From positions 257,193-321,192 of the forward strand of contig JAUYQQ010000002.1 of the NCBI GenBank assembly GCA_030697165.1: a stretch of DNA of 64,000 nucleotides, given 5' to 3'. Below are positions 1 through 7,645 of this stretch, piece after piece (position 1 is the first letter of the stretch; each line of letters begins with the position of its first letter). The translations under genes and the position numbers were made by a program. The notes beneath the pieces were generated by a model. The model saw only the letters and a program-made list of their open reading frames with translations. It had not been told where the DNA came from and searched no databases. Source of the DNA: Acidobacteriota bacterium. Lineage in GTDB: Bacteria > Acidobacteriota > Vicinamibacteria > Vicinamibacterales > UBA2999.

Positions 1-1
1 G

Positions 2-1546
2 AAAGACGGCGACGCGTTCACGTTCGAAACCGGCTCGCGCCAGATCGTCAACCTCACGCAGGGCAGGACCTACACGCCGGTGCCGCTCAGCGCAAAGGAA
101 GACGAGATTCGGCAGAGCGGCGGCATCTTCGCTGTCGGCCGCCGCGAGTTCCGCTCGTCGGTCGAGCGCACACCCGAGGTGATCTTTCCGGACGCGACGC
201 TCGCGCGCACCATGTCCACCACCGCGCAGATCGTGTGGGCGCACCGGGTGGACAAGGACGCAGAGGTCGCGCCGGGCGCGACGCTGCGGGTGTACGCCGA
301 TCTGCTGCCGGCGTCCGACGGCACGGCGCCGTTCTCGATCCACACCTTCAACCAGATCACCGGCGGCAGTTCGATCCTGCCGCGCCAGGCCGCCGTCGCC
401 AACGATCACTTCGTCTTCACCGGCAAGCCAGACGATGACAAGCAGACGGGGATTGGGCGGCAGTTCGCGGCGTTTCACGACATCAAGAAGCCGTACTACG
501 CCACGCCCGGCGACGGCATCTTCCACTTCTATTTTCCCGAGCAGGGTCTGGTCGTGCCGGGGCAGTTCATTCCCGGCGCCGACTCGCACAGCCGCGCCTA
601 TGGCGCGTACGGCGCCGTCGGCATGGGCGTCGGCTCGACCACGCTCGGCTTCGGCTGGTCCACCGGCTACATCTACTTCACGATGGCGAAGGAACGGCGC
701 GTGACGTTCCGCGGCAAGCTGAGCCCGTGGGTGACCGGCAAGGACATCGTGCTCGAGTTGCTACGCCGGTGGGGCGCCAGGCAGTCGCAGGGCATGTCGG
801 TGGAACTGGTGGACGCCGACAAGCAGCTGCCGATCGCGTTCCGCAACACCATTGCGAACATGATGGCCGAGGCTGAAGCGCTGAACGGCATTTTCGCTCC
901 GGACGACATCACCTATGCCTGGTACAAGGCCAAGGGCATGACCGAGCTGCCGTATCCGAAGTTCGGCTGCGGGCCCGACGCGAGCTTCGAGATCGATGAG
1001 GAACTCGTGCTGAACGAGATCACGCCAATGATTGCCAAGCCGTTCAGCCCGGGCAACGCGTTCCCGGCCGAAGAGGTCGCGCGCGAGCGGATCGAGTTCG
1101 ACAAGGCGATGATCGGTTCGTGCACCAACGGCAGCTACGACGACCTGCTGTCGGCGGCGCTGGTGCTGGTCGCGGCGCGCGCGAAGGGACTGACGAAGGT
1201 CCAGAAAGAACTGGTGGTGTTCCCCGGCTCCGGCGGCGTCAAGCTGCTGATCGAGCGGCCGGATCCGCGGCTGGGCGGCGAGTCGATCGCCGATGTCTTC
1301 CGCAACGTCGGCGGCCAGATCCGCGCGTCGTGGTGCGGACCCTGCTTCGGGCAGGGCAGCGATGCCCTCGAGAAGGGCCAGCGCGCGATCACCTCGTTCA
1401 ATCGCAACTGGCAGAACCGGATGGGACTGGGCGGCGAAGGCTATCTCGCCTCGCCATCGGTGGTGGCAGCGTCGGCGCTGGCGGGCTACATGGCGCCGCC
1501 GACCGAACTCGGGTTGCTCTGGGATCCCGAAAAGTACGGCGTGTAA
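2..1546 (+). CDS. aconitase-family (LeuC/HacA-like) dehydratase, 5'-truncated by the window edge, with a LeuD-like swivel segment read in the same frame upstream
   Basis: The frame is open from nt 2. The first ~45 aa (KDGDAFTFETGSRQIVNLTQG..GGIFAVGRREF) resemble the C-terminal end of a LeuD-type small subunit. From MSTTAQIVWAHRV (nt 212) the sequence is a LeuC-like chain with GADSHS, GSCTNG and CGPCFG Fe-S ligand motifs. There is no stop codon between the two parts. Confidence 0.8.
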   Translation, partial: KDGDAFTFETGSRQIVNLTQGRTYTPVPLSAKEDEIRQSGGIFAVGRREFRSSVERTPEVIFPDATLARTMSTTAQIVWAHRVDKDAEVAPGATLRVYADLLPASDGTAPFSIHTFNQITGGSSILPRQAAVANDHFVFTGKPDDDKQTGIGRQFAAFHDIKKPYYATPGDGIFHFYFPEQGLVVPGQFIPGADSHSRAYGAYGAVGMGVGSTTLGFGWSTGYIYFTMAKERRVTFRGKLSPWVTGKDIVLELLRRWGARQSQGMSVELVDADKQLPIAFRNTIANMMAEAEALNGIFAPDDITYAWYKAKGMTELPYPKFGCGPDASFEIDEELVLNEITPMIAKPFSPGNAFPAEEVARERIEFDKAMIGSCTNGSYDDLLSAALVLVAARAKGLTKVQKELVVFPGSGGVKLLIERPDPRLGGESIADVFRNVGGQIRASWCGPCFGQGSDALEKGQRAITSFNRNWQNRMGLGGEGYLASPSVVAASALAGYMAPPTELGLLWDPEKYGV

Positions 1547-1580
1547 GAAGGTCCCTTCCTCACCGATGGGCGTAACGCCT

Positions 1581-2045
1581 TTAGGCGGACCGAAAGGACG
1601 GTTCGCAGCGGACCGGGAAGTTCACCGAGTTGGCGACGAAGCACAGGTGGTGCGCTTTCTCGTGAAGTTGCGCCGCCAGCGCCGCATCGCTGCCCGCCTG
1701 GAGCGTCGCCAGCGGACGCAGGATCACTTCCGTGAAGTGACCGCCCGTCTCCTTCACTTCGACCATCGTCCCCACCGCGTCATCCACGTACTCAGTCACC
1801 ACGACGCCGGCCTCGGCGCAGAGGTGGAGATACCAGAGCATGTGGCACGACGACAGCGACATGACCAGCAGTTCTTCAGGGTTGTAGCGCGTGGCGTCGC
1901 CGCGGAACGCGGGGTCTGACGAACCAGGAATCACCGGTTTGCCCGGGACCGAATACTCGTGGGTCCGCTCGTAGCCCTTGTAGTGCGCGGTCCCCGTGCC
2001 GGTGTTGCCCGTCCAGGTCATGCGAATGGGGTAAAGGTGGGCCAT
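1581..2045 (-). CDS. OsmC/Ohr-family peroxiredoxin-like protein (154 aa)
   Basis: MAHLYPIRMTWTGNTGTGTAHYKGY..SSCHMLWYLHLC..HHLCFVANS shows the two conserved Cys of the OsmC fold. The 389-aa ORF in the track is an upstream extension without a plausible protein. Confidence 0.85.
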   Translation of the reverse strand: MAHLYPIRMTWTGNTGTGTAHYKGYERTHEYSVPGKPVIPGSSDPAFRGDATRYNPEELLVMSLSSCHMLWYLHLCAEAGVVVTEYVDDAVGTMVEVKETGGHFTEVILRPLATLQAGSDAALAAQLHEKAHHLCFVANSVNFPVRCEPSFRSA

Positions 2046-2052
2046 CCCCCCG

Positions 2053-2058
2053 ATTATC
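2053..2058 (-). promoter_or_regulatory. -10-like GATAAT, 7 nt upstream of the OsmC-like ATG (leaderless candidate)
   Basis: Direct reading; no Shine-Dalgarno in the 7-nt spacer. Confidence 0.4.
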
Positions 2059-2077
2059 TGGCGAAACGCCTTCCAAG

Positions 2078-2100
2078 CCCCAGGCCCCAAGCCCCAACCC
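2078..2100 (-). repeat. G-quadruplex-type motif (GGG TT GGGG CTT GGGG CCT GGGG on the minus strand)
   Basis: Four C-tracts on the plus strand at 2078-2081, 2085-2088, 2092-2095 and 2098-2100, with a heptamer-like periodicity (AGCCCCA). Confidence 0.7.
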
Positions 2101-2108
2101 ATTTGCAA

Positions 2109-2114
2109 TAAGCT
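2109..2114 (+). promoter_or_regulatory. -10-like TAAGCT, 7 nt upstream of the beta-lactamase-like GTG
   Basis: Direct reading; a weaker hexamer. Confidence 0.3.
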
Positions 2115-2121
2115 AGGGCGC

Positions 2122-3021
2122 GTGAAACCTGTCGTTGCGCTGCTGGCGCTCGGCCTGGCCTCGTTTTCAACGGCCGAGCAAACAACGCCGCTCGGCGCGC
2201 TGCTCACGCGCGTGGCCGCAGAGTTCCCAGGGACCGCCGGCATCTGGGTGAAGCACCTCACCACCGGCGAGGCCGCGGGCGTGCGTGACGAAGAACTGCT
2301 GAACAGCGCCAGCGTCATCAAGATCCCGGTCCTGGTGCTGGCGTTCCAGATGGCCGAGCGCGGCGAGATCAAGCTGGACGAGCGCGTCACCGTCCGCAAA
2401 GAAGACATCCGCGGCGGCTCCGGCATCTTCCGACACCACGACGCCGGCCTGCAGCCGACCTTTCGCGACGTCCTGCTGCAGATGATCATCACCAGCGACA
2501 ACACCGCCACCGACCTGGCGATCGCCAGGGTGGGCGGCGTCGCGCGCGTCAACGCGTGGCTGAAGGAACAGGGGTACGGCGAGGGCTTGAAGCTGACGCA
2601 GACCACCGGCGAGCTGTTCGCGAAGTACAACGCGCTCAAGCCGACCGATGATCGTAATGGCAAGACCAATAGCGATCGATCGTACTGGCTGGGTGAAATC
2701 AGCGCCCGGGCGACCGGCCAGATGCTCGAGGCGATCGAGAAGAAGACCATCGCCTCGGCGGCCAGTTGCGACGAGATGTTGCGAATGCTGCGCGCCCAGC
2801 TGGCCGGGCAGCGCCGCCTGAATCACTATCTCTCGGTGCCCGTCGCGCACAAGACCGGCGATTTCCCGCCGGTGCTGGCCAACGATGTCGGCATCATCTA
2901 CGCGCGTTCCGGACCGATCGTCGTGTCGTTTCTGGGCAACGCGATTACCGGCAACTACGGCGAGGCCGAAGACCGCATCGGCCGCTTCGCGCAACAGCTA
3001 GTGGAGTATTTCGACAAATGA
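2122..3021 (+). CDS. class A beta-lactamase-like serine hydrolase, secreted
   Basis: Signal peptide; S-x-x-K (SVIK), SDN (ITSDNTA) and KTG (HKTGDF) motifs in the canonical order; GTG start. Confidence 0.8.
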   Translation: MKPVVALLALGLASFSTAEQTTPLGALLTRVAAEFPGTAGIWVKHLTTGEAAGVRDEELLNSASVIKIPVLVLAFQMAERGEIKLDERVTVRKEDIRGGSGIFRHHDAGLQPTFRDVLLQMIITSDNTATDLAIARVGGVARVNAWLKEQGYGEGLKLTQTTGELFAKYNALKPTDDRNGKTNSDRSYWLGEISARATGQMLEAIEKKTIASAASCDEMLRMLRAQLAGQRRLNHYLSVPVAHKTGDFPPVLANDVGIIYARSGPIVVSFLGNAITGNYGEAEDRIGRFAQQLVEYFDK

Positions 3022-5702
3022 GCAGGCGTCTTGTCTTTAGTGTTCTGGCTCTGTGTTCTCTGTGTCCTCTGTGGCTGACATCCGCGGCAGCGCAGGAACC
3101 GGCTCTGTGGCCTGGCGCGAAGTACGACCCGGCCATCCCGACCATCAAGCAGGTGCTGGGGCACGACCACGGCGAGGTAATCACGCCGCCGGAAGGCGTT
3201 GCCCAGTATCTGCAGGCGCTGCAGAAGGCCGCGCCCACCCGCTCGCGGCTGATCGAGTACGCGCGCAGTTGGGAAGGGCGTCCGTTGTGGCTGATGGTGA
3301 TCGGCAGCGCCGATCGCATTGCGAAGCTCGAACAGGTGAAGGCCGACCTGCAGCGCTTTGCCGATCCGCGCGGCGTGGCGCCGGCCGAATCCGACCGACT
3401 GGCCCGCGAGCTTCCGGTCGTGGTGTGGCTGGTGCACGGCGTGCACGGCAACGAAATCTCTTCGTCCGACGCGGCGCTGGCCGAGGCGTATCACCTGCTG
3501 GCGTCCCAGGGCGACGCCGGCGTGGACGCGGTCACGCGCGATGCGCTGGTGCTGATCGACCCGATGCAGAATCCGGATGGCCGCGCCCGGTTCGTGGCCC
3601 AGAACCTGCTGGGACGCGCCGCCACGCCCGATGCCGCGCCATACAGTGCCGAGCATGACGAGCCGTGGCCCGGCGGGCGCAGCAACCACTACCTGTTCGA
3701 CATGAACCGCGACTGGTTCGCCCAGTCGCAGCCCGAGACGCGCGGCCGCATCAAGATCGGGCTGGAGTACGTGCCGCAGGTCACCGTGGACCTGCACGAG
3801 ATGGGCGGCGACAACAGCTACTACTTCGCGCCGCCGGCCGACCCGCTGAATCCGCACATTACCAAGAGCCAGATCGCGGCGTGGGAACTGCTCGGTCGCG
3901 CCAACGGCGCCCGCTTCGACGAGCGCGGCTGGGCGTACTACATCCGCGAGGTCTACGACGCGTTCTATCCGGGCTACGGCGATTCGTGGCCGACCTTCCA
4001 GGGCTCGATCGGCATGACCTACGAACAAGCGTCGGCCCGCGGCCTGGCCTTTGCCCGGAGCGACGGCGACACGCTGACTTACCGCGACGGCGTGATGCAT
4101 CACTTCAACGCCGCCATCACTACCGCGATCACCGCGGCCCGCAACCGCGAGCGCCTGATGCGCGATTACCTCGAGTACCGGCGCAGCGCCGTGGCCGAGG
4201 GCGAGAAGGGGCCGGTACGCGAGTACCTGATCGTGCCGGGACACGATCCGTCGCGTGCCGAGCTGCTGGCCCGTAACCTGGCGACGCAGGGCATTGAAGT
4301 CCGCCGCGCCGAGGAACCGATCAAGCTGGCCTCGCGCACGTTGCCCGCCGGCACCTTCATCGTCTCCAACGCGCAGCCGACCGCGCGCATGGCGCGCAAC
4401 CTGCTGGATCCAAAAACCGACATGCCGGCCGAGTTCGTCCGCAAGCAGGAAGAGCGCCGCAAGATGCGCCTGAACGACCAGATCTACGACATCACCGCGT
4501 GGAACCTGCCGATGCTGTTCGACGTTGAGCTGGTCACCAGCCCCACCGCGGTGGCCGTCAAGACGACGGCCATGCCCTCGCAGTACGACGCGCCCATGCC
4601 GGCGCGGACGCTGGCTGCGGCCAAGGTCGGCTACCTGATGCCGTGGGGATCGGGCGCGGCGGCGGTCGCGGCTGACGCCTTGAAACAGGGCCTCAAGATC
4701 CGGAGCGTCGGCGGCGCGTTCACGCACAACGGCCGGCGCTACCCGATTGGCACCGCCTTCTTCCGCAACATCGAGAATCCGGCTGACCTCAACGCGAAGC
4801 TCACGGCGCTGGCGCGGCGTCACAGCGTCGACCTGGTGCCGATCGATTCATCGTGGGTGGACGAAGGAACCTCGCTCGGCAGCAACGACGTGCAGGCGCT
4901 GAAGGCGCCGAAAGTGCTGCTGGTCTGGGACACGCCCACGAGCACGCTGTCGGCCGGGTGGACGCGGTACACGCTCGAGCGGCGCTTCGGCCAGGACGTG
5001 ACCGCCGTGCGGACCAGCTCGCTCGGCCGTGCCAACTTCAACGACTACGACGTCATCGTGATGCCGTCGGGCAACTTTGCCGGCACCATCAACGAGGCCG
5101 TGCTGAACCGCGTGAAGGACTGGCTGCGCAGTGGCGGCACGCTGGTCACCATGGCCGAAGCCACCAGGTGGGCGACGGGCGCCAACGTCGGCCTGCTGGA
5201 GACGACGGGGCTGCTGAAAGACGGGCGGCCCGACATCCCGCCGCCCAGTGGCGCGGGTGCCTCAGGTGCCTCGGGTGCCTCAGGTGCTGCGCCCAAGCCG
5301 GGCGAGGCGTTCGATTACGACAAGGCGATCCAGCCCGATCGTGAGCGGCCGGCGTCGCAGCCCGGTGCCATCCTGCGCGTGACGCTCGACACCAATCACT
5401 GGCTGACGGCCGGCAGCGATGCCGAGACGCAGGTGATGATCGAAGGCAACCGGGTGTTCGCGCCGCTCAAGTTGAACAGCGGCCGCAACGTCGGCATCTA
5501 CGCGACCAAGGACCAGCTGATCGCCTCGGGCCTGATCTGGCCCGAAGCCCAGGACATCCTCGTGCAGAAGGCGTTCCTCATGCACCAGCCCTTCGGACAA
5601 GGCCACGTGATCGGCTTTGCCGAGGATCCGAACTATCGTGCGTTCACGGAATCCACGATGTTGTTGTTTATGAACGCGGTGTTGTTGGGGCCGGGATATT
5701 AG
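3018..5702 (+). CDS. M14-family zinc carboxypeptidase-like protein with a large C-terminal extension (894 aa)
   Basis: ATGA start/stop overlap with the upstream gene. Signal peptide MSRRLVFSVLALCSLCPLWLTSAAAQ. HxxE zinc motif (VHGVHGNEISS), NRDW, DLHEMG. The track ORF starting at 2766 includes a non-coding N-terminal extension. Confidence 0.85.
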   Translation: MSRRLVFSVLALCSLCPLWLTSAAAQEPALWPGAKYDPAIPTIKQVLGHDHGEVITPPEGVAQYLQALQKAAPTRSRLIEYARSWEGRPLWLMVIGSADRIAKLEQVKADLQRFADPRGVAPAESDRLARELPVVVWLVHGVHGNEISSSDAALAEAYHLLASQGDAGVDAVTRDALVLIDPMQNPDGRARFVAQNLLGRAATPDAAPYSAEHDEPWPGGRSNHYLFDMNRDWFAQSQPETRGRIKIGLEYVPQVTVDLHEMGGDNSYYFAPPADPLNPHITKSQIAAWELLGRANGARFDERGWAYYIREVYDAFYPGYGDSWPTFQGSIGMTYEQASARGLAFARSDGDTLTYRDGVMHHFNAAITTAITAARNRERLMRDYLEYRRSAVAEGEKGPVREYLIVPGHDPSRAELLARNLATQGIEVRRAEEPIKLASRTLPAGTFIVSNAQPTARMARNLLDPKTDMPAEFVRKQEERRKMRLNDQIYDITAWNLPMLFDVELVTSPTAVAVKTTAMPSQYDAPMPARTLAAAKVGYLMPWGSGAAAVAADALKQGLKIRSVGGAFTHNGRRYPIGTAFFRNIENPADLNAKLTALARRHSVDLVPIDSSWVDEGTSLGSNDVQALKAPKVLLVWDTPTSTLSAGWTRYTLERRFGQDVTAVRTSSLGRANFNDYDVIVMPSGNFAGTINEAVLNRVKDWLRSGGTLVTMAEATRWATGANVGLLETTGLLKDGRPDIPPPSGAGASGASGASGAAPKPGEAFDYDKAIQPDRERPASQPGAILRVTLDTNHWLTAGSDAETQVMIEGNRVFAPLKLNSGRNVGIYATKDQLIASGLIWPEAQDILVQKAFLMHQPFGQGHVIGFAEDPNYRAFTESTMLLFMNAVLLGPGY
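3049..3075 (+). repeat. three tandem 9-mers CTCTGTGTT / CTCTGTGTC / CTCTGTGGC inside the M14 signal-peptide coding region
   Basis: Direct reading. The 17 nt at 3059-3075 (TCTGTGTCCTCTGTGGC) are identical to 18033-18049 in the intergenic inverted repeat. Confidence 0.9.
5256..5291 (+). repeat. 4 x 9-bp in-frame repeat (GGTGCCTCR) encoding a GASGASGASGAA linker
   Basis: Direct reading, inside the M14 CDS. Confidence 0.9.
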
Positions 5703-5714
5703 AATGCGTCGCAT

Positions 5715-5744
5715 GGAAACACGGAAACACGGAAACACGGAAAC
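5715..5744. repeat. octamer array (GGAAACAC) x 3.75
   Basis: Direct reading. The complementary CCGTGTTTC occurs at 5803-5811, inside the signal-peptide coding region of the downstream gene. Confidence 0.9.
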
Positions 5745-5751
5745 TCATTTT

Positions 5752-6930
5752 ATGACGACCGGAATTCGACGCCTCCGCGCAGTGGCCTTTGGAGCCCTGG
5801 CTCCGTGTTTCTGTGCTTGCGTGCTTCTGTGGATGTATCTGGCGGCCGCGCCTGCCGCGCAGACTGCGCAGTACTATCCACCCGCGGGGACCTGGGAAAA
5901 GAAGGCTCCTGCGGAGTTGGGACTGGACCCCGCCAGGCTGGCCGAGGCCGTCGCCTGGGCGCAGACCCGCGAGTCGCGGCGCGAGATGGACTTCTCGGAC
6001 CAGGAGAAGATCTTCGGCACCCTGCTCGGTTCGGTCCCGACCAAGCGCGCCACGACCAACGGCCTGGTCATCTACAAGGGCTACGTGGTCGCCGAGTTCG
6101 GCGATTCGACCTGGGTCGATCCGACCTACTCGGTGGCCAAGAGCATGATGGCGACGGTCGCCGGCATCGCCATCCGCGACGGCAAGATCGCCAACCTCGA
6201 CGCGCCGGTCGGCGCCACCGTCAAGGACGGCGGCTACGACTCGCCGCGCAACGCGCAGGTCACCTGGAAGATGCACCTCCAGCAGGAAACCGAATGGGAA
6301 GGCGCGATGTTCGGCAAGAACCACGACTTCGTCGGCGCCGAGGCATTCGGCGACGGCGAACGCAAGCCTCGCGAACTGAAGCGGCCCGGTACGTTCTACG
6401 AGTACAACGACGTTCGCATCAACCGCCTCGGCATGTCGTTGCTGCAGACGTTCCGCAAGCCCGTGCCCGAGGTGTTCCGCGACGAGGTGATGGACGTGAT
6501 CGGCGGCTCCAACTCGTGGAAGTGGGTGCCGTACCACAACAGCTACGTCACCATCGACGGCCGGAAGATGCCGTCGGTCAGCGGCGGCACGCGCTGGGGC
6601 GGCGGCGTGTGGATCAACTCGTGGGACATGGCGCGCTTCGGCTACCTGTGGCTGCGCGGCGGCAAGTGGGGCGACCAGCAGATCCTGCCGCCGGCGTTCG
6701 TCAAGGCCGCGGTGTCGCCGAGCGCGAACGGTCCTGACTACGGCTACCTGTGGTGGCTGAACACGGCGGGCAAGAACTATCCGGGCCTGCCCGCAAACGT
6801 GTACGGCGCCCGCGGCGCCGGCAGCAACACCATCCTGATCTCTCCCGATCACGACCTGGTGGTGGTGTGGCGCTGGCACGCCGGCAACGAAGGGGAGTTC
6901 GCCAAGCGCATCATCGCCGCCATCAAATAG
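5752..6930 (+). CDS. beta-lactamase-fold serine hydrolase (S12-like), secreted
   Basis: Signal peptide after MTTGIRRL; S-x-x-K nucleophile motif (YSVAKS). The upstream ATG at 5704 would translate an octamer repeat. Confidence 0.7.
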   Translation: MTTGIRRLRAVAFGALAPCFCACVLLWMYLAAAPAAQTAQYYPPAGTWEKKAPAELGLDPARLAEAVAWAQTRESRREMDFSDQEKIFGTLLGSVPTKRATTNGLVIYKGYVVAEFGDSTWVDPTYSVAKSMMATVAGIAIRDGKIANLDAPVGATVKDGGYDSPRNAQVTWKMHLQQETEWEGAMFGKNHDFVGAEAFGDGERKPRELKRPGTFYEYNDVRINRLGMSLLQTFRKPVPEVFRDEVMDVIGGSNSWKWVPYHNSYVTIDGRKMPSVSGGTRWGGGVWINSWDMARFGYLWLRGGKWGDQQILPPAFVKAAVSPSANGPDYGYLWWLNTAGKNYPGLPANVYGARGAGSNTILISPDHDLVVVWRWHAGNEGEFAKRIIAAIK

Positions 6931-7051
6931 GGCAGCCCGGCGCGACGGACCCGGAAACTCCATTCCGTGTCCGTCTACCTCGGTATGCCAGGCGTTGCAC
7001 ACCTTGCTGGCGTTCGCGCGCGGGTCGCCGCTGCCAGCCCGGCAGTTGGTC

Positions 7052-7057
7052 TAGAAT
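7052..7057 (+). promoter_or_regulatory. -10-like TAGAAT, 6 nt upstream of TTG 7064 (ECF sigma)
   Basis: Direct reading. The same CTAGAAT context occurs at 30521 and on the minus strand at 22005-21999. Confidence 0.35.
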
Positions 7058-7063
7058 CGCCGC

Positions 7064-7645
7064 TTGGACCCGGGCAGCGATCCGTCCGCGACCTCTACCA
7101 TCCAGCTCGTGGCCATGGCCAAGAGCGGCGACGCCGAGGCGTTGAGCCGGCTGCTCGACCGGTTTTTGCCCCGGCTGACGCGCTGGGCCTCGGGCCGGTT
7201 GCCGCGCTGGGTGCGTGACCTGTCAGATACGGACGACCTCGTGCAAGACACGCTGGTGCGAACCGTGCGCTCCCTGAATACCTTCGAAATGCGGGGTGAA
7301 GGCGCCTTCCAGGCGTACCTGCGGCAGGCGATCCTCAATCGCGTCAAAGACGAGGCGCGCGGCCGGGCGCGCCGTCCGCACCGCGATGAGCTCGATGACG
7401 ACCTCCTCTTCAGCGGCGCCAGCCCGCTCGAGGCGACCATTGGGCAACAGACGATGGAGCGCTACGAGCGCGCGCTGCGGTTGCTCGAACCCGAAGCGCG
7501 GGAGGCGGTCATCGCGCGTGTCGAGATGGGGTGTTCGTACCAGGAGATCGCCGACTTGATTGGTAAGCCGTCGCCCGACGCCGCCCGCATGACGGTCAGC
7601 CGCGCCATCCTGCGCCTCGCCCAGGTCATGAAGAATGAAGCCTGA
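7064..7645 (+). CDS. ECF-type sigma-70 family RNA polymerase sigma factor
   Basis: Region 2 (DDLVQDTLVRTV..FQAYLRQAILNRVKDEAR) and region 4 (REAVIARVEMGCSYQEIADLIGKPSPDAARMTVSRAILRL). Start uncertain: TTG 7064 or ATG 7115. Confidence 0.85.
   Translation: MDPGSDPSATSTIQLVAMAKSGDAEALSRLLDRFLPRLTRWASGRLPRWVRDLSDTDDLVQDTLVRTVRSLNTFEMRGEGAFQAYLRQAILNRVKDEARGRARRPHRDELDDDLLFSGASPLEATIGQQTMERYERALRLLEPEAREAVIARVEMGCSYQEIADLIGKPSPDAARMTVSRAILRLAQVMKNEA

Noticed and set aside
2955-4823. Long antisense or out-of-frame ORFs in the track. Examples: 2955-4823 (-), 5668-7002 (-), 15224-17218 (-), 17721-19253 (-), 27162-29366 (+), 41923-43137 (+), 46713-48872 (+), 49234-50421 (-) and 57958-60465 (-).
   Set aside because: Their translations are Arg/Ala/Gly/Pro-rich low-complexity strings with no motifs, and each lies opposite or out of frame to an ORF with clear family signatures. 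Stop-poor shadow frames of this kind are expected in ~68% GC DNA.
5704-5751. Upstream ATG 5704 as the start of the serine hydrolase (N-terminus MRRMETRKHGNTETHF).
   Set aside because: That segment is the translated GGAAACAC octamer array. ATG 5752 gives a normal signal peptide.
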